Shown piece by piece: positions 1 to 12,845 of a stretch of 32,000 nt of DNA. Below the pieces are notes generated by a model. It worked only from the letters and a program-made list of their open reading frames with translations, was not told the origin of the DNA and searched no databases. Within the stretch, counting starts at the first letter, position 1; each line of letters starts with the position of its first letter. Source of the stretch: Zygophlyctis sp. KS116 (taxonomy: Eukaryota; Fungi; Chytridiomycota); assembly GCA_054661495.1 (NCBI GenBank), contig BAAFSQ010000048.1, positions 1 to 32,000 of the forward strand, read 5' to 3'. A program made the translations under genes and the position numbers.

Positions 1-532
1 AGAAGAAATGAACAATGTGGCCTATATAGTCCCAGCTAATGTAATATCAATGTATTTAATTTCCTCAGATAAATGATTATGAATGGAATTTCAAAGTATA
101 ATTATTGAGTGTTTATTTGTAGTTTGAGTGTACTAAATGTCGGGAAGCAAACAGTCATATTGTTTCTATAATCGCTTCTCACAAAGTTGAAAAAACAAAA
201 GATACAACTAATTTGCTAATGAAATGTAAGATAAACAGCTAATTCAAGGTAAATTCTGTGGATCGCAAGGATCTGTTGACTTGGACCAAAGCAAATTACG
301 GCCTTATACTATTGAAGATGTTCCCACTTTCAGGCCTATAATATTGCTAGAATGCAGAGGATGGGAGCCATTGGAATTTATACTTGGCGATGGATGGAAA
401 GCCAAAGCATACAATTCTGATCAGATGGTGGAAGGATTTAGTTTGGAAGATAACGAGTGGGTTGACTATGATGAGCAATCTGCCCAACCAATGGAAGTTT
501 TAGGGATTGAAACAAAGATTGATCGTGGTTAG
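1..532 (+). CDS. CXXC zinc-binding protein (UPF0587/DUF866, CZIB/C1orf123-like), 5' end outside window
   Basis: Splicing introns 41-68, 96-122 and 226-248 gives ...EWNFK-FECTKCRE...LLMKCKFCGSQ...LECRGWEPLEF...EWVDYDE, the two CxxC motifs and C-terminus typical of DUF866. Confidence 0.85.
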
Positions 533-687
533 CTGATAACAGTTTCTAAGTTTTATTAGCACATGAGATTTAAACGGTATCTTTCCAATTCTCAATTTTC
601 TGCATTTCCTTTATCGCAGAAAGTCAATGTCCGACAGTCTACTCTGACTATTCTTCAAGCAAAAATCTGGACATAATTTGTGATCTG

Positions 688-1014
688 CTAAAGAATTAAT
701 GTCGCAGCCAAAGAGAATAAAATAGAGAAATATAAATTGATAGACTCTGCATCTCCAGCAAGTGGTTTTTCAGCTACTCGTCATTTAGATTGCAAAGAAT
801 CCAAGCTGTTTTTTTGAAGAGTTTTCCCGTCATCTGTGCAAGAATTAATTTTATTTAATCTTATCAATTAATATGAATCTGGATTTTACCAATCAGAATA
901 TCCTGAAAAAAAGATGGCACAAACATTCCAATGAGCCATAACATGATGGGTTAGTAACGATTTTGCATGGGTTTTCAAGGAATTTATCGTAGCAAGTGAG
1001 AGATTATTGTGGCA
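688..1014 (-). pseudogene. Decayed paralog of the C-terminal domain and GPI tail of the gene at 1394-2062
   Basis: Reads CYDKFLENPC...LECLC..FSGYSD/LNKINSC...K*RVAEKPLAGDA...LFSLAATLIL*, matching CYDQFLLKPC...LDCVCPRFSGYSDC/INKITTC...ECEKAGKPLTGNA. It has a 30-nt intron at the same position, two frameshifts and two TGA codons. Confidence 0.8.
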
Positions 1015-1393
1015 CCATGATTCTTTTTGTGGCACCATGAAAAATCCTACCAGTCATTTTTAGAGAGTCGATAGTTGAAGAAGATAAGATTGATCGCAGT
1101 CTTGTGTATGATTTTTCATCGTTAAGTAAGTATTACCATGTCGCAGGACGATGAGACTGCGCTCCCATGGTTCCGTTGTATTAATTGCTAATCTAATTGG
1201 GTCAAAATAGTATTGAAACGATTTAAAAACGATGTTTGACAATGGATGGATTTAAATTGCGGAAAACCTTCGTGACTATTAAAATTCTTGTGTGTCATTT
1301 GGTCAGCTAAAATAATTGATATATTACATTCTTTAGTCCCTGTCGGAAAAGGTCTCACTATTGTGAACTGTAAAATCTTGCTATATTCAAGAA

Positions 1394-2062
1394 TTAAAAA
1401 ACTAGCATTACAGCCAAAGATAATAAGCTCACTGAATAGGCAGAGACACAATTTGCATTTCCAGTAAGTGGTTTACCAGCTTTTTCGCATTCAGATTTAA
1501 AAGAATCAGTGACATTTTTTGGCAGCGTTTTCCAATATCCTGAGCAAGTTGTGATTTTGTTTATGCTAAAAGATCAATATTAAAATGTGATTTACCAATC
1601 AGAATACCCAGAAAATCTGGGACATACACAATCCAATGTGTTATTAGAGGATGTTTGTCCGATTGAAAACTTGATATTGCATGGTTTTAAAAGGAATTGG
1701 TCATAGCAATTCGTAGCGCCCTTCTGACATGGCAAATTATTACAAAAATCATCAGTGAAACCGTCCTTTATCACCAACTTCTCTATACTAGCGTCATCAC
1801 ATGGAAGTTTGCTAATACTGTGATTAAAAATAACGACAGATTACCATTCATTCAAAGTCTTTTTCCATGAACAAGTGCATTCCTGCACTTTGTATACATC
1901 AGAAATAGAAACCTCAGTAGTAGATCCGGGATAACAGTTTTGGCTAACTGTTTGGGATAATGCAAGTTGGCAATCACTAATTCCTTCAGTACAAGCAGCC
2001 GACTGGGCGAGAGCGACCTTTTGGAATAGAAGCATGGCTGAAATCATGAGGATGGTAAACAT
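1394..2062 (-). CDS. Secreted, probably GPI-anchored Cys-rich protein with two 8-Cys domains (~203 aa)
   Basis: N-terminal signal peptide. Introns 1818-1844 (27 nt) and 1566-1595 (30 nt) restore one frame ending in the hydrophobic tail GNANCVSAYSVSLLSLAVMLVF*. Confidence 0.8.
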
Positions 2063-2516
2063 TTTTCTTATTTTAAAAAAACAATCTGATTTGTACGTCA
2101 GGTATTATATAAGTCGTCATTCTCATCGCGCATCCGATGTCTGAAAGCAACTCATACTTTGTGAATAATTTGATCTTCAAGAAAATGAACATTGCTGCCA
2201 AAAATAGTAAGCCCAATGAGTAGAAAGACACTACGAGTAAGGCCTTGCGAATAATGAGCTGATTGGTGGATTGTTTGGGAATGGATCAATGCACTATGGC
2301 TCAGAATTGTAAAAATATTTTCTTATTATAAAAGAGCAATGGCTTTAGTACGTCATTTAGCAAATATTTTAAATATAAATTTAATTTCTACTCTGGAGAA
2401 CATACGAGACAAACTTTTCACCATTTCATTGGGTTTAAACAATATCCGAATATATGTATTGTGGTCGAATTATGCGCACAATGGCTAAATTAAAATTAGG
2501 TAAAATCTTGAGCCAC

Positions 2517-3653
2517 TTATTTCTTTAAAATGCGAGAGAGTTTTTTATCGCCAGCTTTTAGATTTGCTTGTGTTCGGCTCGCACCATCTTCCAAATCATC
2601 CAAAAGTTGATTATGATAGTCTAATTCCTGAGTTATTGCCAGCCCAATTTGCTTCTGCCTCTTAATCACAGTTGATAGAGTATCTAGAGCCTCATCTTGC
2701 TGATTCATGAGTTGAGATTGCAATGATAAGAGCTGTGAATCATCTAACGGTCGTGTTTTATCTGTTTCTTGGGCCATACCAAACTTTCGCCTGGATCCTG
2801 ATGATGAAGGTGATCCAGCAAACAGCATCTGCCTTTGAGCCGCAACAGATGATGCAATAGACTGAGATTCTACTTCTTTTTCTAGGCCTAAAATATCCAT
2901 TTTTAAATTCTTCATCAAATCCATCCTTCTTGCAAGCTCACCTTCACCAACTGTTTTTGAAGAAGAAAAAGTCCCTCCAAATGTCTGATCATCTATCCAA
3001 GATTGTACCCAACTTTTATCTTTAGAATGCCTTTCAAGAGAATCGTGTAATCTATTAACGTACTGTCTCAAGACTATTAAAGACTTTTTAGCATTATTTG
3101 AAGCCACTTGACTTGCCGTAACACCCGAACTTGAGCCAGCATATCTATCTCTTTCCAAAATTGCTTCTCTGATTCCAACCACTAATTCCATAGACTGAGA
3201 ATATTCATTCATCCAAGAATTCATATCCAATGGAGTTGAATCAGGAGTTTGAGGATGAACTAAATTATATTTTCCAATCTGACTCTCTGCTACAATGCAT
3301 TCCTTTGGGATATTAAAAAACTGTATCCAAGATTTACTTTTTCTCCATTTATCATCTTTGGCATATAATATTCCTGTCAGATAATTTTGTAATTTGTTCT
3401 GACGATCCATAATAGCAACTGTATCCATGATCGGTAGAATACTTTTTGGAGGAAACGACACTGGTACTTGATCATTTGCGAGTTCTCTCGTCAAATTTAA
3501 ATGAAAAGAATGAATTTCAGAGTACCGCTTGCAGAGAATTTCTGTTACACCATTTGAATAGCTTACAGATATATGATATGATGTTACTGGTTTGACTAGA
3601 GAGGCTGTAATGCTTGATGTTGTAGGAATTGAAATTGCAGTTATCGGTTCCAT
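2517..3653 (-). CDS. VAM7: PX-domain + Qc t-SNARE protein (vacuolar Vam7)
   Basis: PX motifs KRYSEIHSFH and FPPKS; C-terminal SNARE QDEALDTLSTVIKRQKQIGLAITQELDYHNQLLDDL; no TM helix. Confidence 0.9.
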   Translation of the reverse strand: MEPITAISIPTTSSITASLVKPVTSYHISVSYSNGVTEILCKRYSEIHSFHLNLTRELANDQVPVSFPPKSILPIMDTVAIMDRQNKLQNYLTGILYAKDDKWRKSKSWIQFFNIPKECIVAESQIGKYNLVHPQTPDSTPLDMNSWMNEYSQSMELVVGIREAILERDRYAGSSSGVTASQVASNNAKKSLIVLRQYVNRLHDSLERHSKDKSWVQSWIDDQTFGGTFSSSKTVGEGELARRMDLMKNLKMDILGLEKEVESQSIASSVAAQRQMLFAGSPSSSGSRRKFGMAQETDKTRPLDDSQLLSLQSQLMNQQDEALDTLSTVIKRQKQIGLAITQELDYHNQLLDDLEDGASRTQANLKAGDKKLSRILKK

Positions 3654-3891
3654 GAAGCAAAACGCGCAGTTTTTTTGATTTGAAACGATCGATTCGCTCC
3701 AACTTGATTGGCCATGGTAAGAGATTAATCTGGATTTACTGAATTATATGCAGTCCATTTCTCCCATAAATCCCCTTTAATTCCATGTAAATTTAATTTT
3801 ACTTTTTAAGATTAGTAGTGCATGATCTTAAATCATTGTATTGAAAACGCGAAAATAACTCGCGAGAATGACACGTCGCGTTCTTTCAAAA

Positions 3892-4312
3892 ATGGTAAAT
3901 CCCATGAGTTTCTAATCCTAGTTTGTAAAATCTGTCTTCATTGGTTTAATTGTGCTCATCGCTGTCGTTAATGCAATCGGAGAAGTCACTATTAACGCAT
4001 TTACACGGGGAACCGCATGTTCTGCCCAATCTAAATTATTTTCTCTAAAAGTTGCTCCTGGATGCTACACTGGAGGTAAAAATATATTTCTTAAATTTCT
4101 AAGAAACAATTTGTAAGAATGCTGCTGATGTTACTTTATGCAATTTATTTTTTGCAGATTACAAGACTGTTTCTGCTTATTTATCATGTGGAAATGACAC
4201 ACCTCTAGTCACTTTGAAAGCTTATTCTGCAATTGACTGTACTGGAGAATCTTCTACTAGAAATCATGCTTTCAACGCATGTACTAATGATATGTATGCC
4301 CTTTCTTGTTAA
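3892..4312 (+). CDS. Small secreted Cys-rich protein (~121 aa, 8 Cys), absent from ORF track
   Basis: ATG-only first exon, introns 3895-3921 and 4076-4103; product MFVKSVFIGLIVLIAVVNA-IGEVTINAFTRGTACS...ACTNDMYALSC*. Confidence 0.7.
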
Positions 4313-4531
4313 TAAGAATGCAATAAAAGCTTTTATAAAGATGATTTCTTTCAGTCTGTGAGTTTCTCCTAGGCCTACAACCTTTATTGGATTTCTAGTT
4401 TCTCCACAGTTTAACAATTCGGACAAATACATTTGGATCCATTCAAGATCAATATTATAGCAGCGTAGCCTTGTCCGTTTGTTGCAACGATTTGTGTTAA
4501 AAGTTTTTCGTTTTGGTTTTCGGATTTTACA

Positions 4532-7441
4532 ATGACAAAATCAGAATTCTTTAGTACATTATCAGCAGAGAAATGTTTGGATTTACTTTCAACTTCAGTG
4601 TCTGGACTCTCAGTTGAAGAAGCTATCGCAAGGCTAAATATTACTGGAGAAAACGTTTTACCATCTGCTCCTCCTGAGCCATTACTCAATAAAGTATTGG
4701 AACAACTTAATAATCCAATGAATCTTTTGCTATTGGCATCTGCTGTGATATCTTTTATTTTGGGTCATTATGATGATGCTATTTCAATTATTTTAGCTGT
4801 TGTATTGGTTAGTGGAGTTGCATTTGTTCAAGAGTATCAGACTGAAAAATCTATAGCGTCTCTAAAAACTCTAACTCCATTCTTTGCTAGAGTGGTTCGG
4901 TCGAAAATCCATTCGAATATATCTGCTAGTATGGTGGTTCCAGGTGAAATCATTTATTTTTCTGCCGGTGACCGTATACCGGCAGATGTTCGTATTTTAG
5001 AATCTAATTCATTATGTATAGATGAGTCTAGCTTAACTGGTGAAAATGATCCAGTTTACAAAGTTGTGATGGCTGGTTTTGAAAATGAATTAAATGAAAC
5101 TTTAAGGCGTCATTGGTATTTTAGTTTATCTGAAATTTCTGGATTTCAAACTATTCCTATTTCAGATAGAATTAATTCTGCTTTTATGGGATCTTTAGTT
5201 GTTTCTGGGAATGGGTTGGGTGTGGTTGTAGCAACTGGAAAAGAAACTGAATTGGGACAAATTTATCAAATGGTTGATGAAATTGAAATTTCAAAAACTC
5301 CATTACAAAATGCTATGGATCAACTAGGACAACAACTCTCTTACACGTCATTGGTTATTATTTCGCTCATTAGTTTTTTTGGAGTAATTCAAGGACGTCC
5401 TTTTTTAGATATGTTTAATATTGGAGTTTCATTGGCAGTTGCTGCGATTCCGGAAGGTTTGCCTATTGTTGTCGCTGTGACTCTAGCTTTAGGAGTTTTA
5501 AGAATGGCAAATTCAAATGTAATACTAAAAAGTCTTCCGTGTATTGAAACTCTTGGATCTGTGTCGGTTATTTGTCTTGATAAGACTGGGACTCTCACTG
5601 AAAATAAAATGACTGTTACCAAATTGTTTATTCCATCTCTGGAGTATATTAATGCTTCTTCGTTTACGAAATTGGTGGTGCAAAACAATCAGTCTATAAT
5701 GAATCTGATAAAATCCTTGAATTTATGTAATAATGCGGTCATAGAAAGTGATGGGAAGACTATAGGCCAGCCGACAGAAGTTGCATTATTGGATTTTGTG
5801 CATCAACTGGGATTGCCTGATTGCCGTCAAGTATTTTTTGGATTTTTTTGAATCTATAGGACTTTAAAAGAGAAGGCGAAGATCCTTTTGATCATCATAG
5901 TAAGAAAATGGTTGTCTCAGGATATGATGTTGGATCCTCTGAAATTCGCTATTATTCAAAAGGCTCTGTTGAGTCAATCCTTACATTATGTCAGACTTAT
6001 TATAATCAAGATCAACAACAACGTTTAGATGATGAAATGATAAAGATTATTCATAATGCGCATGATCAGATGACTGGAGAAGGATTGCGTGTCTTGGCTT
6101 GTGCATCTGGTCAAAGTTCTTCTGCTATGGTATTCTTGGGACTAATTGGGATCCACGATGTTCCTCGCCCAAATATACAAAAACATTTAGAGAAGCTTAT
6201 TGGGATGGGGATACAAATTATTATGATTACTGGTGACTCAGGTGAGGTGATATTTTTTGAATTATAGAAGGCACAGCCTTGTCGATTGCCAAAGATGTTG
6301 GAATTCCTGTGAACGACTATGGTCATCGCACACTTTCTGGTCCGCAAATTGATTCTATGCCGACAAACCAACTGGAAGAATTAGTTGATAATATTTCAGT
6401 ATTTTATAGGTATTTTTATCGAAAGATCTAAAATATAAAGAACAAGTCCTCGTCATAAAATGAACATTATTGAAGCACTCAGATCTAGAAATCGTGTCGT
6501 CGCAATGACTGGGGATGGAGTAAATGATGCGCCTGCTCTTCGAAAAGCTGATGTTGGAATATCCATGGGTTTGAGTGGAACAGATGTTGCCAAAGAAGCA
6601 GCTGATATGATATTATTAAAGGATGATTTTTGTAATTTAAATATTTTAATAGGTAGCAGCAATTATTCAGGCTATAGACGAAGGTTTTTTACAATTTAAT
6701 GACGATAGGAAAATCAATTTTTTTCAATATTCAACATTTTCTCCGATTCCAGCTGAGTACATCCTGCTCAGCATTATCATTAATTGGTGTCTCTACTCTT
6801 TTGGGCTGGTCTAATCCTTTGAACGCCATGCAAATTCTTTGGATAAATATAATTTGTGATGGCCCTTTAGCTCAATCACTGTAAATACTATATAAACTCA
6901 TTTTGTGATAGAGGAGTGGAAGCCGTTGATCCAGAGGTTTGCAGACAACCGCCCAGATCAAGAGACGCACCTATAATAACCAAAAGTCTGCTTTCGGGTG
7001 TATTTTTATCTTCCGCCTGCATTTTAAGTTCTACTTTGTTCGTTTATTACAGTAACAACTCTGAAGATTCTGATCGGCATAGAAAAACTATGGTAAGATT
7101 CTATAATTTTGCTCATAAAATAGACATTCACTTGCTTTGTTTTCAGTGATATCTGGAATTCTCTGGCATGCAGGTCTGTTTCTTCATCATTCATAAATCT
7201 CCCCACTAATCGGTTCTTTAATTTTGCAGTTTTATTTTGTCTAATTGGGCAACTCTTGGTTATATATCACCCTTTTTTTCAGACAATATTCCAGACGGTG
7301 GAACTATCTTTAACAGAATTGTGCTATATTATATTTGTCTCAAGCTTGGTGCTTTTGATTGATGAAATTAGACTAAATTCTACCTTTCAATATTTATTTG
7401 TTCAGAATCAAAATTACACACCTGTTGAGAAGCAGGTTTAA
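4532..7441 (+). CDS. PMR1: Golgi Ca2+/Mn2+ P-type ATPase (PMR1/SPCA)
   Basis: [47 protein letters not shown] and [10 protein letters not shown] motifs. Several short introns, including a 27-nt micro-exon at 6657-6683, give a continuous frame. Confidence 0.95.
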
Positions 7442-7465
7442 TACAAAGAAATAATTTATATAGTA

Positions 7466-10400
7466 CTAATCATTCGCTATTTCTTCTTCGTTTTGTAATC
7501 CTTGTTGAGTTAAAAATCTACTTTTTAATTCATTTAATTTTACTCTCTTTCCATTCTCCTGAAGATGTCTTCGATTTTCAAATTTGGATCTTCAGTGTTT
7601 CGAGCTCTATTTCGAGAATGAGCACTATGAGCCTCGTCTAATTTCTCCTTACCCGGGGCTTGCGATGCATCAAAAATAACTTTTTCTTGCAATCGAATCT
7701 TTTTTCGCTCCTGAACATAGAGCAGCCGTTTGACTTCCCTTTCAAAAAAATTGATAACTGCAGTTTTCTAATAATTATTATAAATGATATATTACTTCAT
7801 TTCTTGCAATTCTATACAGGATTTTTGGTACCTCTAAAATATGCAGAGTGCCTTCATCATCACCAGCAGCGATAAACTGACCAGCGGACGATTTACCTGA
7901 TATTAATTAAAATACTGGAAATACCTGGATATTGATGAATTGATAAGTGAGAAACTGATGTCGTTGAAAGACTTTGAATTACAGATGGTGCATGAGATCT
8001 TAATTTTTTAATTTGATAATACTTACTTATCTAAAAGATCCCAAACTTGCAAATTCCCATCGGAAGTCGTAATATAAAATACTCCAGGACGTGTCGGACT
8101 CCACTTTCCACATAATATATACTGCTGAGAAATACCAGAAGAAAGCAATGGGCCCATCTAAAAAATTAATTTAAGTATTCACATTAATTTTTTCCTTCCA
8201 AATATGGAATGACCATCCTCCGACACTCAAAATAATATCAGGAAAGAAAGGGGATCGATGAATATCACTTATCGGCCCGAAATGCCCTCCAAGACTTAAT
8301 TCAACCTTAGAAACTAAAATTTAGTGCATTTATAATCTTACCTTTTTCTTCTGCGGTTTTTTCATTGAAATAATCAGCATATAGGAGATCTCCTTCTTCG
8401 GAAGCAGCATAGAATTTTGTTAGTGAATGTCCATCTTTAGAAGCTGTTTTTGATACCGCATTTTGAGCACTTGACTGAGTTGGAATCATGGCTACTTTAT
8501 AGTGACAATCAAAAAATATACCTCCTTTTCCAAGCTCCTGTTGGTCAAGAATGCTTACTTTCGTTAATCCATAGTCAAAAGTGTTATCCATTGCTGTCAA
8601 AGGGACCTTTAAAATGAAAATTCAATAACATACTCTAAGAAAAGGGCGCCAAGTCAGATCCAAAGATGCAAAGTCCTTTTTGAATCGGAGATCCCAGAAA
8701 GTTAAAGAGCCATCCAGGGATGAGGCATGAAACTGCTTATGTCCATTCTCTGCATTTTCAATGATTTCTCCATTATGACCAATCTTTGGTTACTCAAAAA
8801 TACAACCTACCTCTGATGATTTCTTGAGCCATTTAAGATCAGTAATACACGCCCGATGACTAGCTTCAATAGAGGAACACAGGATATAGCTTAGACGAGG
8901 GGTTTGGTTGTTTTTTTCGTGATTATCTACTGATGATCCATCTATACCATTTTCAGGATCTGTTTTTCTAGATGTACTATTTAAAATGTGTTGATATGCT
9001 GAAATGTCCCATAGTGCAACCTGCCCATTTGCACAACCAGCAGCTATGATATTGGGTTCTTCAGGATTGAATTGAAACACATGAACGTCATCAGGTGCTT
9101 CGAGGATCAGCTGCCGTTGGAAAAAATTTAATATACCTGAGGATGTATTGGGTCATGAAAACTCCAAATGAGTATCACTGACTTCTCAGAATTAGCAATA
9201 AAGCTCGTTTCTATCCGCTCATCCAAGGTACTCCGAGATACGCAAGCAACTGCTAAGACGCCTTTAAGAGTAGGATGCCAATCTATAGAAGAAATTGATT
9301 TGTCTTTGCTGTGTATCAGATCGGTAAATGATTGAAATTCCTTTCTATTACTTGTCTAATTATGCATACCTGTAATACAATTTGAGATGATGATCCAACA
9401 TTAAAATCTTCCTCGCAAAGTTTTCCAAAATCATCATAGAAAATATTTGATAATTCATTTTGTTGCAGAGCATGCTCAAATCTAGATTTAGTGATCTCCT
9501 TATCACCTGATAAGAACATTTAAACAGAATTCTTCCATCGCTTTTGACGAAATGTGTCTATCCTGTTCTTCTTCATCCATAATAATAGGTTCGTATTGGG
9601 ATGAAAAATTCAAAGATCTATTCCACCATGTCTGAGATGAATTTGAAGCGGTTTCAGGAATAGCCTGTTATTTTAATAAACTGTAAATTTACCTGTGTTC
9701 CTGTCTGGATTTCCATGCGATTAATTTCAAAATTTGTATCTCTATACGGTCTGCATTCTAAAAATCCATCGTTTGAATCTCTATCACCAAACTTTGCAGG
9801 AGCTCCGAAATCACGTCTCTTTTTAGATAACTGCACATGAATCTAAAACTTTAAAATATTCCAATATTACCTTTTCTCTTGTAGGAATGACGATTTCCAT
9901 ATCTATTTCAGCCTCGCTCCCTAGAGAAATCCATCCTCTTTGCCTGGTACCTTTCTTCAATTCTTCTCCACCACCAGTATTAGCAGCTTCCAAATCTGGA
10001 ACAATAGGGGTATACATCTAAAATTTAATGATAAGTGATACATACTTTGATTAAAGCATCAGTAGCATCTGGAGTGAAACAGATTAGAAAATTCTGTCCG
10101 TACTTAAAGTCAGCATCAAAATGCAAGAGTATTTCTTCATTTGGAAATTCCTAATGAATTATTTGAGATGATTTACATTTATCTGCATCTTATAAGGGGA
10201 AAAATCAGACACTGCTGCTCTCGCAAATAAATCGGACAAGATATCAGACTTTGGCACAAACTTTAGTGGTTTTTCGGCTGTAACATGCTCTCCACCCTTG
10301 AGCTTGAATAATTCTTGAGTCGAACTTGTTAAAAAAATGGCGATGATTCCAGCCGGCAATTCTGTAAAAAGCTCAATTGGCCCTGAAATCAATCCATCAA

Positions 10401-10491
10401 GACGATTTTTGATTTTTCCTGATTCTGCATCAGCGTCCGCAGGAATAAGCTTTGAGCTAGATGGACGCATTTCAGTTTCTTTGATATCCAT
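7466..10491 (-). CDS. WDR63: Axonemal inner-arm dynein intermediate chain, WDR63/DNAI3 (IC140-like), multi-exon
   Basis: Exon peptides IFLTSSTQELF, DFKYGQNFLIC, WISLGSEAEI, FEHALQQNE, FQFNPEEPNIIAAGCANGQVALWDI and SEEGDLLYAD resemble WDR63. Not every exon junction was checked. Confidence 0.8.
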
Positions 10492-10577
10492 TGTGTAATA
10501 TCACTTGTCAATGCTCTTTCGGAATTTAAGACTTTTGGACGCGATATCTGATCAAGTAATCAAAACATAAATTATAA

Positions 10578-11369
10578 TCAATCAATCTTTTTTTTATTTG
10601 GGCAATGATTAGCAAAATGACCTTTTTCACCACACTAATCTTATTAATTTCTAATTACCTTGAAACATGTAACATCATCCATTGATCTAAAACTCCTCCT
10701 TTCACTACCTCCTCCGCCTCCTCGAGATTGATTCTCATTTGAATCTGGTACTAACTGAGGCATTGACGTGGGTAATTCATATTTTGGACTAAATTTAAAT
10801 ATTAATAATCTTACTGTCCAAACGAACATTCTTCTCCTTTCGGACAAAATCCAGTCATATATAATGGACAGATTGCTTTCCTAACATGCTTATTCTTACA
10901 TTCTGCACCATGTTTACAAAATCCTCTGGCATACCAAGGGCAAGATTTGATTTTAGATGCAGGATCAATATGTAAATATAAACATTCTGGATTTGAGCAT
11001 TCACCATATTTAGAGAAAAACCAACATTCGGGCATCTTCTTTAAATTGTACTAGAAATAAGAAAATTCATTAATCGATTTGATTGCAATAAAAACTTACT
11101 TCATGTAAAAACTCACAGCGATCACCTTTTGAGCATAATCCCCTGAGATAATGTTTACAAACGACAGTCTTGTTATCTTTTGGATGGAAGAATGAACATG
11201 ATGAGCCCCGATGACAAGATCCTTTTAGGAAATACTTGCAAATCTGTTGTCCGGGAGCAGGAGCTTCAACCGCACTTCGGCTTTTATATAGATCTATGCC
11301 GAGTGACTCAATGATATGATGCTCAAAGTCAAATGTTAAATCGGATGGCAACGCAGTTAAAGTTTCCAT
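10578..11369 (-). CDS. YTH1: CPSF30/Yth1 polyadenylation factor (5 CCCH fingers + CCHC knuckle)
   Basis: VCKHYLRGLCSKGDRCEFLHE, MPECWFFSKYGECSNPECLYLH, CPWYARGFCKHG; the terminal exon adds CFK/CGEKGHFANHCPN. Confidence 0.93.
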
Positions 11370-11406
11370 CGTCTGTTGCCTACTCTTAAACACAATCATT
11401 AAAGAC

Positions 11407-12811
11407 TTATTCCCCAAACAAATATTCAACTTCTGAAATCATCCAATTCACTATAGCATTTTGGCTAGACATGTTGTTATAGAAAATGGCTGAAGATTCT
11501 TCAGTTGATCCTGGTGGTCGTAAAAGAGTGGGTCCAAAAACAATAGCGAGATTAGATACTTCCATCTTATTATCTTGTGAATATAACGATACTCTATATG
11601 TAAACAATTAAATTAGTCTTACTTATACAAATGCTTCATCAAAATTGAAATAACTTTATAATGAGTTTCAGGAAAACACGATAATAATCGTTTAAACTCT
11701 ACTAATAGGTCTGATCTTTCCTTTACTAGTCTTTGAAAAAGAAGAAAACTTACCTGATTCATCTATAAATAAGGAATAAAAATCAAACGGTATTAATGGT
11801 TCTTCTAATTCTCTAAAATAAGACTTTATAACCCCAGTAATAACATTAATATCAAGTAAGGGAGATTCCAGATCTACATGCTTTTCTTTAAAGTTTAGAA
11901 ATTATATAAAATTACGAGAATTAAAGTCTGATTTAATGTTTTGAATAGAAACCGTATTTCCAGAAAGTCTATATATTCCAACTGAATCAAGACCTCTACT
12001 CTCAACAATTGCAATTGTTCTTTCTAAAATCTCTGGTAGACAAAATGATCCATCTTTTCCTACACAATGATCTTCTAAATAACCACCAAAAATTAACTTG
12101 TCTTCTTTTTTCTTTCTACCTTTAAACATGGTTGCAATCTTTGATGAGTATTTATCTAATTGTGTAGAACTTGCACTAGATATCGCTAAAAGGAGTGATC
12201 CTTTTTCTTTTTTATGGTTTGACGCTATATGTATAAGAGCTAAGAAATATTAAAAAACTGAAAAAATACTTGAACAGAACTCTTGCTCAGAGTTACTTTC
12301 ACGTGTAGCACCTGTAATAGCATCTATCCATTCCAACATTTCACTCTCTGAGGCAGCTAAAAGTAATATTTTAAGCCCCGTTTTATCATTTGAGATTGAA
12401 AACACATTTTTCTTCTTTGATTCTTCCTTTGAAACACTATTTTCTATAGATATCTCATCAAGTGGCATATCAAACACACATTTCCTTTGCTATGATTAGT
12501 ACATTGCATCATACTCTTTCATCCTTGAAAATGAGTAACCGACCAATAACCACAACGCCTAAGATTGAGTTGAATAAGTTACCCCAGTGATAATGCCAAG
12601 AATCTTTCTTCCAGGCCAAAGATCCCTGTTTGCGGATGAGAAATTCAGGGATTTCTTTCACTAAATCCTTCTGGTAAACAAGTCCTGAACTTACCAGATC
12701 ATAAACCATTTTCTCAAACTCATCATGCCATTTACTCTCCGCCGTTGAGGAATTATAATAATAGACATGTCCATCCTCAGTCTCATGTTTTGTCCAGTCC
12801 GGCTCAGACAT
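11407..12811 (-). CDS. WW-PH-RhoGAP protein (ARHGAP9/12/15/27-like)
   Basis: WW (WTKHETEDGHVYYYNSSTAESKW), PH C-terminal helix (LLAASESEMLEWIDAI) and RhoGAP (GIYRLSG, NKMEVSNLAIVFGPTLL). Confidence 0.88.
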
Positions 12812-12845
12812 TTTTAAATGGCCCTATGCTCGCATTAACAATATA

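Noticed and set aside
1007-1040. 14-bp direct repeat ttgtggcaccatga x2
   Set aside because: A small local duplication at the pseudogene edge with no evidence of function.
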